Of a stretch of 64,000 nucleotides of DNA, positions 1 to 12,787 are shown piece by piece. The number at the start of each line of letters is the position of its first letter. Position 1 is the stretch's first letter. Below the pieces are notes generated by a model, which was given only the letters and a program-made list of their open reading frames with translations, did not search any database and was not told the DNA's origin. Both the position numbers and the translations under genes were made by a program. The DNA is taken from assembly GCF_018350175.1 (NCBI RefSeq), contig NC_058373.1, positions 108,254,001 through 108,318,000 on the forward strand, written 5' to 3'. Source of the stretch: Felis catus (Eukaryota).

Positions 1-109
1 AAGCAGTAAGGAAAGTTTAAAACCAGTTAAGTCTCAGTGTAGGGTGGGTCTGAGTTATCAAGTACGTCTGTCCCATGATGGCTTCATATGCCAGGTTTGG
101 GTCCTCAGG

Positions 110-240
110 GAAAGCTGTATTTCTGCGTAGGGAACTGTTCACCAGCCAAGTTCCCAGATGTCAGCCAGGGACCAGCCTTGCAAGCCAACCTTTCTAAGGA
201 TTGCAGTCTCAGGCCTGCTGGGGTGCCTCTTTTGTGCACA
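110..240 (-). mobile_element. ERVL-type LTR 5' end (MER21/MER68-like)
   Basis: Reverse complement begins TGTGCACAAAAGAGGCACCCCAGCAGGCCTGAGACTGCAATCCTTAGAAAGG, resembling the recalled MER21/MER68 LTR start; left boundary uncertain. Confidence 0.6.
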
Positions 241-249
241 GATTCGTCT

Positions 250-500
250 CATTTTTCACTATTTCAAACAGTGCTGTGTTGATCTTCATGTGTATATCTT
301 GGCTCACTTAGGCTGGGATTTCTGTTGGATAAACTACACATGAATTTGCATGTTGTACTATGTGAATATATGTAAAATTTTGTCAATTATTGCCAAATTG
401 AAATCCAAAAGGACTGCCAATTTACTTTCCTTCTAACAGTATTTACAAAGGACTTGCCACGTCTCCGTTACACTTGCTATCAATCTGTAATTTTTGCCAG
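250..500 (-). mobile_element. Old L1 (L1ME-like) 3' fragment
   Basis: Degenerate antisense L1 3'-region motifs (attgccaaattg...ccaatttactttcc). Confidence 0.5.
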
Positions 501-699
501 TTGAATATAGCCTGAATCTTAACAGCAGAAAATGTAGAAAGACCATTAAAAGTAACAAAATTGTATTAAACAGTTGTGAGTTGTTATATAGCCACATCTG
601 ACACAGTATAATGCTTTAGCTGATAGCAAGTTTTTCATGAATATATGATGATGATAGCATGTGAATCACTTGATAATTTGCTTTAAATATGAAATTGAA

Positions 700-924
700 G
701 GGGCGCCTGGGTGGCGTAGTCGGTTAAGCGTCCGACTTCAGCCAGGTCACGATCTCGCGGTCCGTGAGTTCGAGCCCCGCGTCGGGCTCTGGGCTGATGG
801 CTCAGAGCCTGGAGCCTGTTTCCGATTCTGTGTCTCCCTCTCTCTCTGCCCCTCCCCCGTTCATGCTCTGTCTCTCTCTATCCCCAAAATAAATAAATGT
901 TGAAAAAAAAAATTAAAAAAAAAA
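700..924 (+). mobile_element. CanSINE, young felid subfamily, full length
   Basis: GGGGCGCCTGGGTGGC tRNA-like head, CT tract, A tail; TSD taaatatgaaattgaa at 684-699 and 925-940. Confidence 0.97.
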
Positions 925-1183
925 TAAATATGAAATTGAAGTTTATTAAATAGAATTCAAATAGAAAATATTTGTGTTTAACAGTGGGATTTCAGAATTA
1001 AAATGTGGTGTCATAATACTTGCTACCTACTAAATTAAGTTCTTTGTATTGTCAACTTGATTATAATGCTGCTTCAAGTCATAAATACATGATTTTAATA
1101 TTAAATACTTACTAATTTTTTAGAAGGAAGAGCAGTTGTGTGGCAGTGTTTATAGTCACAAGATATATTTTAAAACCATTCCA

Positions 1184-1398
1184 GGGGTACCTGGGTGCTC
1201 AGTCAGTTAAGCTTCTGACTCCTGATTTCTGCTCTGGTTATGATCTTATGGTTCATGGGATCAAGCCCCACGTCGGGCTCTGCACTGACAGCATGGAGCC
1301 TGCTTGAGATTCTCTCCCCCAGTCTCTGCCCCTCCCCCTGTTTCAGGCTCTCTCACGCTCTTTCATTCTCTCAAAAATAAATATATAAACATTAAAAT
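1184..1398 (+). mobile_element. CanSINE, older subfamily
   Basis: Diverged head, CT tract and AATAAA tail. Confidence 0.92.
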
Positions 1399-2849
1399 TC
1401 CACTTTCAGAAATCTTAATATATGAAAGTGCTGTTCAAAGTAGAGGCTTGGAATTTGAGTAGCTTTAATGTCATATGCCAGGCTTACTTGGAGTATTTAA
1501 AAACAAGCCATGAATAAAAGAAGTGGAGCCATATAGGAAATGGAGCTTGTGTAGATACTGATTAGGGCAACATTTTTCACTTTGAAAACAAGATATTGTA
1601 ATTTATGTCTTCAGAAGAAAGTGACCCTGTGTGTTTTCTTTTCTGATACTCTTGAATTTATGTTGTAAGCACACCTATGATCCCATCTGGGTTTATAACC
1701 CCTTAATGCCTCAAAGGCTCCCTGTGAGTGGACATTTTTAATGTGGGGAAACATCCCCAGTCTCTTTAATACCCGGTTAAAGTGCTTATTCCCTGAAACG
1801 GACACGGTTGTATCATCTGCAAGCTCTTTCTTACTGCCAAAGGAGAGATCATGAACCAACTTTTAGGCAAGGATTTTGTTTTCTTACAGGCATTTCCAGA
1901 ACAGTGGTACAATAGGGAAATGTATTAAAAATGCATTTATCTAAATGATTTGTGTACCTGTAATTTTCTGAACTAGAAACTAGAGAGTCAAATAGTTGTA
2001 TCCTAGTTCTGCCACTAGGATTCATTATGTATCCTTAAAAAATTCCTTTTTGTTTAAATCCTTTTCTCAGTTGTAAATTCAAGATGATACAGAACTATTT
2101 TACTAACTTGTTAAAAATATTTAGAATTGCATAATGCTTTGAAAATGCAAAGATATGAATGCTAAATTTCAAAACAATAACAGCTGGAAAGTAAGCTTTT
2201 AAAAAGTACTTGAACGCCAAGGAAACCAGAGTGATTTATTCGTGCTTAATGTGATTTTTGAGGTGATTTTCTTAGGCCCATAATTGGAAGCTTATGTGTT
2301 TACACAGATTTTCAGATTGACATGAGACAGGGCTCTCGGCTCAACGGACAAAGGAGAGCCTGCTTTCCTTTTTGTCAAGGTGGATTAGCTACAATATATA
2401 TCCTCTTTCTAATAACCTATTTTGGTTTTGACAAAAAGATTCACAAATATATGGAGAGATCAGCTATCTTTAAGTATCTTTAAAAATGAGCTTTATGAAC
2501 TGAAAATTAACTTTTGCTTTCACCTTTGTAAAGAGCCTAGGAAAATAAGCAGAATTGTTAATGCCTTCCTAACTTCCCCTTGATTCTTGAATTTCAGTTC
2601 CAAGAATGCTTGCTTTTTAAATGGCATTGAGAAGACTGTGGTGGGTGCTTAACTATTCACATTTTCATTTATCTTCTGAACTATGTAGTAATTTTCATTG
2701 CACATTAAAAAAATTCCCTGTATTAAATACTCAAGCCTCAGACTGTATAGCCTTTTTGTGTAGTAATGTAGTATTTTTTTATGCCTGAATTGTTTTTCAT
2801 GTGCTGTATATTGCAGGTCTGGGTTTTGTTTTGTTTTTCTTCTTAAGAT

Positions 2850-3290
2850 AAATTTGGACAGGCTCCTTTTGGTTGCAAGAAATAAAGGCACATTCATATT
2901 ATCTTAAGTGCTGGAGGCTTATTTTAAAATATAGAGGATAAAATGAGAGGCAACCATCTCAGAGGCAAAGCTTCTTGGACACCTGGAAAAACAGCTCTTT
3001 GTCACGTAGTGAACACAGCAGCTCAGATGGCTGGGTTGTGTCCACATCTTTGAAATGGGTGCTGTGTAGTCCCAGTATGCATACTCTTATTCATGTGTTT
3101 TCCAGCTTCTCTCTGTACATTTCTCTGTCTGCTACTCCTACTGCTCCCAAAAGAGGATCTGAATAAACCCAAAGAGAGCTTCCTGATAGGGCAGAGATTA
3201 TTCTGCTGGGTTATTCTGGCCTCCATTATGTCTACCCTCCATGGCAGAGGTCTCTGGTACAATCAGTTGTGGCCAGTGTAACAGGGTCAC
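2850..3290 (-). mobile_element. Old MaLR LTR (MLT1-like)
   Basis: cttttggttgcaagaaataaag start typical of antisense old MLT1 LTRs; heavily diverged. Confidence 0.5.
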
Positions 3291-3414
3291 AAGGCACAGG
3301 GCACAGCAAATTATGTGGAAAGACCCAACTCTGGCAGCTTTCTTTAGAAGAGGTGAGCCCACAGGCCTTTTGAATCTCAAGAATTTCTCAGTCCATTCAT
3401 GGTTTAAAATGATT

Positions 3415-3640
3415 GGGGCGCCTGGGTGGCCCAGTCGGTTAAGCGTCTGACTTCAGCTCAGGTCATGATCTCGTGGTCTGTGAGTTTGAGCCCCACGTCG
3501 GGCTCTGTGCTGACAGCTCGGAGCCTGGAGCCTGCTTCAGATTCTGTGTCTCCCTCTCTCTCTCTCTGCCCTTCCCCTGCTCATGCTCTGTCTCTGTCAA
3601 AAATAAACATTAAAAAATTTTATTAAAAAATAATAAAATA
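3415..3640 (+). mobile_element. CanSINE
   Basis: Complete head, CT tract, A-rich tail. Confidence 0.95.
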
Positions 3641-3829
3641 ATGATGTTATAAATTATCGATATTGCAACTAAGTGAAGTAATCAAGTGGTGGCAAAAATG
3701 TTCACTTGACAACAGGAGCATTGCACAATGGTTAGGAGAAGTTGGTCTGGGGCCAGAGTGGGTTTGCCCTGAGGTTACAGTGTGTACCTGTGACTTCATA
3801 AAATCTACCTGTAGATTCACTCAGTATAA

Positions 3830-5420
3830 TTCCATTTAGACCTCCTTCTCTCCATTGTGATATTGTTACATATTTTACTTCTGTATGTTCTGAACCTCAT
3901 TATACATTTTAATTCTTGCTGTAAACACAAAAAAGTGAGAAGAAATTGTAGACATTTACCCACATCTGAACCTTTTCCAGCTCTCCTCTTTCCTTCATGC
4001 AAATCTAGACTTGCATTTGGAATAATTTTCCTTCAGTCTGAAGAACTTCTTTTAATATGAATTTCTTGTAGTTCAGCTGCATTGGAAACACATTCTATCA
4101 GGTTTTGTTGGTCTGAAATGTCTTTATTTCACCTTCATTTCTAAAAGGTATTTTTGCTGGTATTTGAATTCTAGGTTAACAGCTTCTCCTTTGGCGCTTT
4201 AAAGATTGGTCCATTGCCTTCAGCCTTCTTCCTTGTGTCTGACGTGAGGTTAGTTTCCATTCCTGCTGTTATTCCCTTGTATATGATATGCTGTCTTTGG
4301 ATGCTTTCATGACTTTGTCTTTGTTTTTGGTTCTCAACAATTTATGACATGCCTGCTGTGGTTTATATTCTCCGTGTCCTACACACCATACCGGGCTCAC
4401 TCCTCTCTAAGATACCAAGTACATGTGTGTTGACTGCTTGATAGGGTCCCACAGGTCATCGTGGCTTTTGTCCCCACAATAATTTTTCTCTCTGTGCTTC
4501 AGACAGGATGGTTCCTTTTGACTTGTTTCCGAATTGATGAGTCTTTAATTCTAATGTAGTCAATCTGAAATTAGTCTATCCAATAACTTAAATTTTAGGT
4601 GTTGGATTTTTCAATTTTAGGATGTCCCTGGGTTCTATTCCATGGTTTTCATACTTCCACTGAAATTCTCCATTTCTTTACCCACTATTTTCATCTTTTA
4701 CTACAGATTGTTTAATATACTTATCTAGTTATTTTCAAGTCTTTGCTAGTTCCAACATTTGGTTCATCAGTGTTTGTGTTTCATTGGCTGATTTTTTTTT
4801 TTCCTACTAAGGGTCACATTTTCCTGTTTCCTTCCTTGTCTAGTAATTTTTTATTGTATAATGATACATGTCAGAGATTCTGGATTCTATTATTTCCCTC
4901 TGAAGAGTGTTTTGTTCTAGGAAGCAGTTAAATGACTGACAGCATCTTGAACTTGTAAGAGGTTTGACTGTAAGCTTTGTTACAGGGGATCTATTTTGGT
5001 TTTGTTCTTAGTTTTAGGGAAAATACCTCATTTCTGGTACACGGCTCTTATTTCTAAGGTGTGGCCCTTATGAAGTTTTACCAGAAAGCCTGGAGTGTTT
5101 GCCACATCACTATATCCTGGCAAGGCTTGAACTTTGAGCTCTTCAGCAGTTCACCTGCTTTGGAATCATTGGAGTTATTGCCTGCTTTCAGCCTAAGCTG
5201 TGAGGGCATTTTACACTCACATTTTGGGGGTGGCCCTCTCTATAATCACTGCCCTGGGGGATTTCCCATCTCGATTTCTAACCACTCTGACAACCCAGGT
5301 TTCCTTCCTGATTCCTCAGGTCTGTAGGACTCAGGCAGGAAGACCTGTTCCACTGTACCCCTGTTCACTCAGGGGTGAAGTTATATGAACATGACTCTCT
5401 CCTTTCAAGGATTGCATCCC
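3830..5420 (-). mobile_element. Ancient L1M/HAL1-type element, ORF1/5' region
   Basis: Characteristic antisense motifs ttccttcagtctgaagaactt, gtctgaaatgtctttatttcaccttcattt, tttttgctgg...gaattctaggtt. Confidence 0.75.
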
Positions 5421-5421
5421 C

Positions 5422-5623
5422 GGGGGCACCTGGGTGGCTCAGTCGGTTAAGCATCCGACTTTGGCTCAGGTCATGATCTCACAGCTCATGAGTTCGAGCC
5501 CCGCACTGGGCTCTGTGCTGACAGCCCAAAACCTGCTTTGGATTCTGTGTCTCCTTCTTTCTCTGCCCCTGCCACACTTGCTGTCTCTCTCTGTCAAAAA
5601 TAAACATTAAAAAAAAAAAAAAA
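5422..5623 (+). mobile_element. CanSINE
   Basis: TSD aaggattgcatcccc at 5407-5421 and 5624-5638. Confidence 0.96.
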
Positions 5624-6891
5624 AAGGATTGCATCCCCTATATTTTTATCACAGAAAAGAATGAGATGATAGCCTCCATTTCACCCATAAGTTACTAAAC
5701 CTTCTTCACTAGATTTGTGCCCTGAGTGTCTCCCAGGTTACCAAGGTTCCACTTAGTATTTTTGGAGAGTTTATTAACTCATTTAGGTCACCCACATGCG
5801 ATTGATCGTAATGTAGTGTGATACTAACCTAATGGCTTAAAAGAAGTTGGTGCACTTCTGAAAATGTTAAAAATCCCTGATTTTTCAAGGAAGTTAATCT
5901 TCCCAAAATTCTAAGTACTAAAGAATAATCAAGTTATGTTATTAATTTGCTTTTGGTTGCAGTCTGCAAAGCCTGATCATCAGGCTAATTACAGATTATG
6001 CTATGAAGGAAAACTTTTATATACACCAGTCTTCTTTTCTTACAAGTGCTTCAATATGAGGCTTTAAAAATCTTATTTTATTTAAGATAAATAACAAAAA
6101 TTAAAAAAGAGAAAGCCTTCATATAATTACATTATCTACAGGCTGATTTCAAATACCTTGTCACCATAGTACCTAATTAATTGGGCTGTTAGCTTAAGTT
6201 AACTATTTTTAGAGAAGTCAACCCCCAAAGATTAGTTGAACATCTTATAGTGTATGTGATTTAAATGAAATGAATTTTGCTCAAGTCTCACAAATTGTTA
6301 ACTCTTCTGCCTTTGTTACATGTTTTAAGTTGTTGATTTATCTCTTAGTTTCTTGTAGCATAATTGGTATACTGCCTTTCTTGCTAATTCTACACATCAT
6401 TTTATTATACACTTGGTTAACTGAACATATTCTTTCTGTAAATTTCAACTAGTTGCCTATAAAATTTTCCCAGTAGATAATTTCCCCAACTTTAGCATTG
6501 CATTTAAAAATGAAATATCCTATCCTTTATTTAGAGACCATATGTCTGGAAAGTCATTCTGTCTATATTTAAAGATGAATCAACCAATAAAAAAAATATA
6601 GCTTATCATCTTTAGTGTTCCCACTGACACCTAACACAGTACCAAATTACTAGCAAAATTGCCTATATACTGTATATGTTGTACCAGTAAATAACTCTAT
6701 TAGTCTTCTTTCTGAAAATCCCTTGTATTTACAAATAAAATTAATTCACAAAACTACACTCTACAGAAATAGGATCATATCTCTTTATAATGTTTCTGTA
6801 TCTCCATGACTGGTACTTACTGCTTCAGAGAAGAAAACGAAAAATGTACAATGTCTCCTTCGGGCTGTGTAGTCAGAAATTTCTTTGTCCT

Positions 6892-7110
6892 GGGGCATCG
6901 GCGTGGCTCAGTCAGTTAAGCACCTGACTTCAACTCAGGTCATGATCTCACAGTTCATGAGTTCAAGCACCGCGTCGGGCTCTGTGCTGACAGCTCCGAT
7001 CTTGCGGCCTGCTTCAGAATCTGTGTCTCCCTCTCTCTCGCCTTTCCCTGGCTCACACTCTCTGTCTCTCTCTTTCTCAAAAATAAACATAAAAAAAAAA
7101 AAAAAAAAAA
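6892..7110 (+). mobile_element. CanSINE
   Basis: 17-bp TSD agaaatttctttgtcct at 6875-6891 and 7111-7127; pure A tail. Confidence 0.96.
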
Positions 7111-7319
7111 AGAAATTTCTTTGTCCTCTAGTAGATTTACATACTTTTCCTGATACCAATTTTTGATAAGATAAGGAGAGTATCTCTAGCAATGTGTAAA
7201 GCCTGGGTGACTGGGCAGGGTGAAATAAAACAAGGTAGGCATGGGCTTCCAGGTAGGCCTCCTTAGGCTAGAATTTGTGGCACCAAGGGGAGCTAAGTCC
7301 AAGCCAGGCCATGGCTCCA

Positions 7320-7940
7320 TCCACTGAGTTTTTAATTTCCATTTTGCTTTTTCATTTGAGATTTTTATTTCTATGTACCTACATAATTTTGATATTCTCT
7401 TGCTGTTTGACTTTTTTAAGTTCAACTTTTATTTCATTAAATATTTCAAACAATTATTTTACATTCTGTATCTGATAATTTCAGTAGCTGAAATTCAACA
7501 AGTTAATCTATTATTTGTTGTTTCTGCTCTCACTCATGGTGGTTTTTATCCTCATTGTTTTTGGAACTTATATTTTCTCAAATCTAACATGTGGGAATCC
7601 TGTGTGCCTAATTTGAAATGCTTTCCTCTACAGAGGACTTATGTTTATGCCTGCTGTGAGCCAGGAGTACTCCAGTTCTGATAACTCTAATGTCTTTGGA
7701 GTCTCAGGGTAAGCTCCAAGTTTGGTCTCTTGATGCAGGAGTTATCAGGTCAACTCTGCTTCGCTGGTCACTATTCCATTTGCTTGCAACATACTGTCTC
7801 CTGGTCTGGTTTCAGCTCATTGTTTTCTTTTTCCCCTTGGAGATTTTCCTTACTTTCTAGTGAGTACAGGAATGCATTAAAAATTATTTTTATAGTAATT
7901 TATCCAGGAAGAGTGACAGTGCCCTTTGAAAGTATCTGAT
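7320..7940 (-). mobile_element. Ancient L1ME/HAL1-type fragment
   Basis: T-rich sequence similar to the 3830-5420 and 31730-32860 blocks. Confidence 0.55.
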
Positions 7941-7955
7941 TTGTCATACTGCCAT

Positions 7956-8039
7956 AAGTAGAATAATAAGGAGGTATTATTCATCATCATTTTACAGAAG
8001 TAGAATAATAAGGAGGTATTATTCATCATCATTTTACAG
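7956..8039. repeat. Perfect 42-bp tandem duplication
   Basis: aagtagaataataaggaggtattattcatcatcattttacag at 7956-7997 and 7998-8039. Confidence 0.97.
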
Positions 8040-8140
8040 AAGAGAAAACATAGGCACAATGATGGTAAGTAATCAGTATCTTGCCCAGTATCACAGAGCT
8101 GGTGAGTGATCAAGACATTGGACCCCTGTGGTCTATCTCC
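7998..8140 (-). mobile_element. MIR
   Basis: cattttacagaagagaaaacataggcaca...cttgcccagtatcacagagctggtgagtg matches the antisense MIR core. Confidence 0.8.
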
Positions 8141-8148
8141 AGAGCCTT

Positions 8149-8372
8149 TCTTTTTTAAATGTTTACTTATTTTTGAGAGAGAAAGTAAGTGTGTGAGTGA
8201 GGAAGGGGCAGAGAGAGAGGAAAACAGAGGATCTGAAGCAGGAAGCGGGCTCTGGGCTGAAAATGGAGAGCCTGATGTGGGGCTTGAACTCACAAGCCCG
8301 AACTCACAAATTGTGAGATCATGACCTGAGCTGTAGTCAGATCCTTAGCCGACTAAGCCACCCAGATGCCCC
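8149..8372 (-). mobile_element. CanSINE
   Basis: Antisense SINE flanked by ccagagcct repeats. Confidence 0.92.
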
Positions 8373-8388
8373 CAGAGCCTACACTTTT

Positions 8389-8616
8389 TTTTTTTTTAAT
8401 TTTTTTTCCCAACGTTTTTATTTATTTTTGGGACAGAGAGAGACAGAGCATGAACGGGGGAGGGGCAGAGAGAGACACGGAGACACAGAATCGGAAACAG
8501 GCTCCAGGCTCCGAGCCATCAGCCCAGAGCCCGACGCGGGGCTCGAACTCCCGGACCGCGAGATCGTGACCTGGCTGAAGTCGGACGCTTAACCAACTGC
8601 GCCACCCAGGCGCCCC
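8389..8616 (-). mobile_element. CanSINE, young felid subfamily
   Basis: CpG-rich, near-identical to 700-924; TSD tacactttt. Confidence 0.97.
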
Positions 8617-8946
8617 TACACTTTTAACCACCACACAGGTGAGTCTGAATCTCAGGGGAGATTGTACAAAATATTCCAAAGAATTGGTTGTTGAGAGGAG
8701 AGATGATAGGATACCAAGGGAGTGTGTAGGATGGGACAGTGAACTGAGGGTAGAGCACCAAATATAAGGGCAATCTGAGGGGGAAGAGGAACCCTGGAGA
8801 AGAGTATTGATAATGACATGAAATGTAGGTGGAAATTTAGGAAAATGAAATGTCACAGAAGCCAAGGGAGTAGAATTTTAAGGATGAGGTGGTAAGTCGT
8901 GTCATTATACACAGCAGTATGATACAATATTGAAAATTATCCTTTA

Positions 8947-9169
8947 GGGGCGCCTGGGTGGCGCAGTCGGTTAAGCGTCCGACTTCAGCCAGGTCACGAT
9001 CTCGCGGTCCATGAGTTCGAGCCCCGCATCGGGCTCTGGGCTGATGGCTCAGAGCCTGGAGCCTGTTTCCGATTCTGTGTCTCCCTCTCTCTCTGCCCCT
9101 CCCCCGTTCATGCTCTGTCTCTCTCTGTCCCAAAAATAAATAAACGTTGAAAAAAAAATTTAAAAAAAA
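8947..9169 (+). mobile_element. CanSINE, young felid subfamily
   Basis: TSD gaaaattatccttta at 8932-8946 and 9170-9184. Confidence 0.97.
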
Positions 9170-9218
9170 GAAAATTATCCTTTAAGTTTGGCAATTAGGT
9201 CGCTGACATAACTGAGGG

Positions 9219-9553
9219 TGCTAAAGATGGAATATTGTATTCCCCCCAAATTCTTATGTTGAAACCTAATCTCCAATGTGATGGTTGTAGGAGGTGGGGC
9301 CTTGGCAGGCCATTAGATCAGGAAGGTGGTTAGTGCCCTTACAGGAGAGACCTCAGAGAGCTCCCTTGCCCCCTCTACCATATGAGGACATAGAAGATGG
9401 ACCTTCATGAACTGGGAAGAGGCCTTTCTCCAGACACCCAATCTGCTGGTGCCTTCATCTTTAACTACCCAGCCTCCAGAACCATGAGAAATAAACGTTC
9501 AAACAACCCAGTTAATGGTACATTGGTTATAGCAGCCCAAAGAGATCAAGACA
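9219..9553 (+). mobile_element. MaLR solo LTR (MLT1A-like)
   Basis: TG...CA termini; ccccccaaattcttatgttgaaacctaat...ggaggtggggcctt and ttatagcagcccaa...aagaca motifs. Confidence 0.88.
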
Positions 9554-10170
9554 AGGGGCTAATCTTAGTAGTGGATTGAGGATTAAATTGGAAGTGATGC
9601 ATTGTGGATGGGAAGTGTGGATTGTTCTTTCAGTAGCCTGCATGAGAATGAAGAAAAACTGGTTCAGTGCGAAGGAAGCTCAGGATCAAAAGCTCAATGT
9701 GTTTACGGGTTTAGAAAATAGAACTAAGGAGAATGATAGGAGAAATGATTTCTTAAAACTATAAATTGTATTCTAGCTTGAAATATGTTAATATTGTGAA
9801 TCAGTGTTTTAAACCTTACTTACATTTCCCCTTTTAGTCATCCAGCTCTATTCTCTTGTGTCAAATAGAAAAAATATTAACTACTCAGAGGTCAAGTGGA
9901 TGTTTTATTTCCTGACAGCCATAAAACTCTCCTTGTCCAAGAGTTACTCTAATAAAACACAGCTTTGAAAAATCATGTCCTATTCTTCTAGCTAAAAACA
10001 AGTAAGTACTTTGACAAAGTGACAAAGAATTAAAGTTACTTAGCCTGGAGAGAAGAAAAACTGTATGGCCCTATGACTCTTGGAGCTTTTTCTTATTATA
10101 TGTGGAATTAATTACTGAGAATTGTGATCAGTTCTCTATCTTTATGAAGGATTAAAAAGTGGACTTTAAT

Positions 10171-10405
10171 GGGCACCTGGGTGGCTCAGTCGGTTGAGTG
10201 CCTGACTTTGGCTTAAGTCACGGTCTCATAGTTCGTGAGTTCGAGCCCCGCGTCGGGCTCTGTGCTGACAGCTCAGAGCCTGGAGCCTGCTTCGGGTTCT
10301 GTGTATTCCTCTCTCTCTGCCCCTTCCCCACTCATGCTCTGTCTCTCTCTCTCTCAAAAATGAATAAACATTAAAAAAAATTACAAAAAAAAATTAAAAA
10401 AAATA
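10171..10405 (+). mobile_element. CanSINE
   Basis: Full length; flanking repeat tggactttaat. Confidence 0.95.
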
Positions 10406-10435
10406 AATGGACTTTAATTTTTCACTGGGTATCTT

Positions 10436-10538
10436 GGGGCACCTGGCTGGCTCAGTCAGTCAAGCGTGCAACTCTTGGTCTCCGGGTGGTGAGCTGGAGC
10501 CTCACATTGGATGTGGAGCCTACTTAAAATAAATAAAT
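10436..10538 (+). mobile_element. Short old carnivore tRNA-derived SINE lacking the CT tract
   Basis: ggggcacctggctggctcagtc...gagcctacttaaaataaataaa. Confidence 0.85.
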
Positions 10539-10755
10539 GGAAGTCTTTTACTAGATCTGAGTAAGAGCCACTTACTGAAAAGGTTTGTTAACACTGAGTT
10601 TGTTTCCTAGTGGCTAAATTCTCAGCATTTATAATTTACCAGTACTTTCACTCTCTGTTGTTAGATGGAGTAGACCAGAGCAGAAACTCCCAGGTCTGGC
10701 ATTCTAGGTCTCCGGGTAGTTGTATCGCCCTGTAACTAGCTGCTGTTCCTTGGGT

Positions 10756-10946
10756 CAGAGGTTTGCTAATTTTAGGCTATATTGGAAACACTAGGGGAGC
10801 TCATTTAATTTGCAGCTCCTAGGGTCCCATTGCTACAGCTTCTGCTCCAGTGAGTGCTGGTTAGGGTCTGAGAATTGGCATTTTTAACAAGTTCTCCATG
10901 GGATTCTGGACCAGGTGGTCTGAGGCCCAGAGCTGGTGAAAGCTGA
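10756..10946. mobile_element. MER5-like hAT-Charlie MITE
   Basis: ctgagaattggcatttttaacaagttctcc...gattctg core. Confidence 0.7.
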
Positions 10947-12700
10947 CCTAGGCTTGCCTTTGGCAAAAGCAGAGAACAGCCATTAGGATGCATTTCTTGG
11001 ACGCTGCCCTCACCTTCATCCGAGCACACTGGACACCAGGGTGAATATGTGTTGCTTGAGATCTTTAATATTCTATAACTGTGTATTGCTTCCTGAAATG
11101 AGGTGATTAGACACTGGTGAACTTTTTTCCTGAATGACTGTTAAAATGTATTAAAAAAAAAAAGAAATTAATGCTGTGTTCACACAGAGTCTTGAACAGC
11201 AAAACCTTCTGACCTATTTGTCTATCTGGTCTCCAGACTGTCTCTTACTTTTTTTCAGACTGGTTATTTTCCCCTAAGCTCTTCTGAATTCCTACTTTAC
11301 AGATCCTTAAATATTAACCTGACATCATGTATGGATTAGCTAAGAGACAGCCTGCTGTGAGATATACACCCTAATGCTGTGGTTTTTGGTTTTAAGCCAG
11401 TGAGTCTCTCCAGTGTTTGCTGGAACTTTAATCACTGACCCACAGGCCAGAACCCAGGCCTTGCCCTCTTCCCAGACCAGACTTCCACCTGACTAGCCCT
11501 GTTGTACCTCTGCCCATTTCCTGTGTGACTTGTAAGAGTTGAATCAGAAGTCAATGCTATTTATTACCCAATGGCTACTTTTTAAAAGGCTTCATTTGTT
11601 TATTAGCATAATGCACGTCATATCGAATGTTCTGAAGTACTGGGAGTTCAGAGGCTTAGGACAGATACGGAGACTGAAAATCAAAGGCAAGTTTTACAGA
11701 ACACAAAAAGTTCCTCTCTTGTCATATAAATACCCATTAGCTCACAGGCTACATGCACAAATCATAGAATAATTTTTCTGTTTTCACCCACTCTAACAAA
11801 GAAACAAAGCAGTAGCTATGTCAACCCCAAAGAGTCTCCACAGTGACACAGACCCACTCGGCGTGGTGGCTACAGCCCCTCACCTTTCTCTGTTCTGAGG
11901 TCTTGTTTATAGCCAGAGTTAATAAAGTCAACAGGATGTGGTCATAGGCCAAGGGTCAGAGAGACTATATGGTCATTTCCACTCAGTGTGTGTAAGAGGT
12001 ATTTATCCTTTCTTATTTTGGAAATGAACTTAAGCAATGTGGATGGTGATATGTGACTCACAGTTACGGCAAATAATAAGTTAGAAGAGCCCGGCAATAA
12101 TCACAGATTACCTGAGCTGAAACCCTTTGTAAGCAGTTGCTGGGTCCTGTCCTTTCTCCATCCCGACCCCCTTTATGTAGGTGCAGTCCAAAGTGCTGGT
12201 GTTTTCACAGACCACCGGAGCTTCTTCTCACCTGCCCTCCTCTGTGTCTCCCAGTCATGAGCTCCTCCATATTCTCCTAGTCCCACCTGACTCCCTCTGT
12301 AGCTCCTCTTTTCCCTCCAACTCCTCTGAGCCCTGGGGCTGGTTATTTCAGGGACACAGTGACCCAGAATTCCTCCCCTTTTATGGCCTTCAAGTCCTGT
12401 CCTCTTCCATTGTCCGCCCTTGTGCAGCCATGGTGGAGAAAGCTTACATGTGGCCGCCTTCCCTCCTGTGCTCCTGAGGTCCAGTTCCAGGAGGGCCCTC
12501 CCTGCCGGCTGGAAGGCCTCTTCTGCTCATCCCTTGGATTCCCTCTCACCTTTCCAACAGAAGCATCTTACCACCTTTCCACTCGAAGTCCTCCACCCCC
12601 TTCTGCTTCGTTCCTTCTTGGTAACAAAGCACACGTCCTCACGTGATGGAGAACTTGGGGACCATACAGCACCCCTGAACTCCCTCAGCCCCCCTCTTCC

Positions 12701-12787
12701 AACCCCTGTTTGACAAATCGCTGTCATCACTTTCTTTTTGACAAACCCCTGTTTGACAAATCGCTTTGTCATCACTTTCTTTTTGCA
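12701..12787. repeat. Near-perfect 43/44-bp tandem duplication
   Basis: aacccctgtttgacaaatcgct(tt)gtcatcactttctttttg(a)ca twice. Confidence 0.95.

Noticed and set aside
661..903. Recurring ORFs such as GAPGWRSRLSVRLQPGHDLAVREFEP and MAQSVKRLTSAQVMIS
   Set aside because: Translations of CanSINE sequence, repeated throughout the window
1..3400. 3' end of an upstream neighbouring gene (SNAPC1 expected if the SYT16 call is right)
   Set aside because: No recognisable coding exon or terminal peptide seen; the minus ORF at 1611-1859 resembles nothing I know
10436..10538. tRNA gene
   Set aside because: tRNA-derived SINE head with an A-rich tail and degenerate stems, not an intact tRNA
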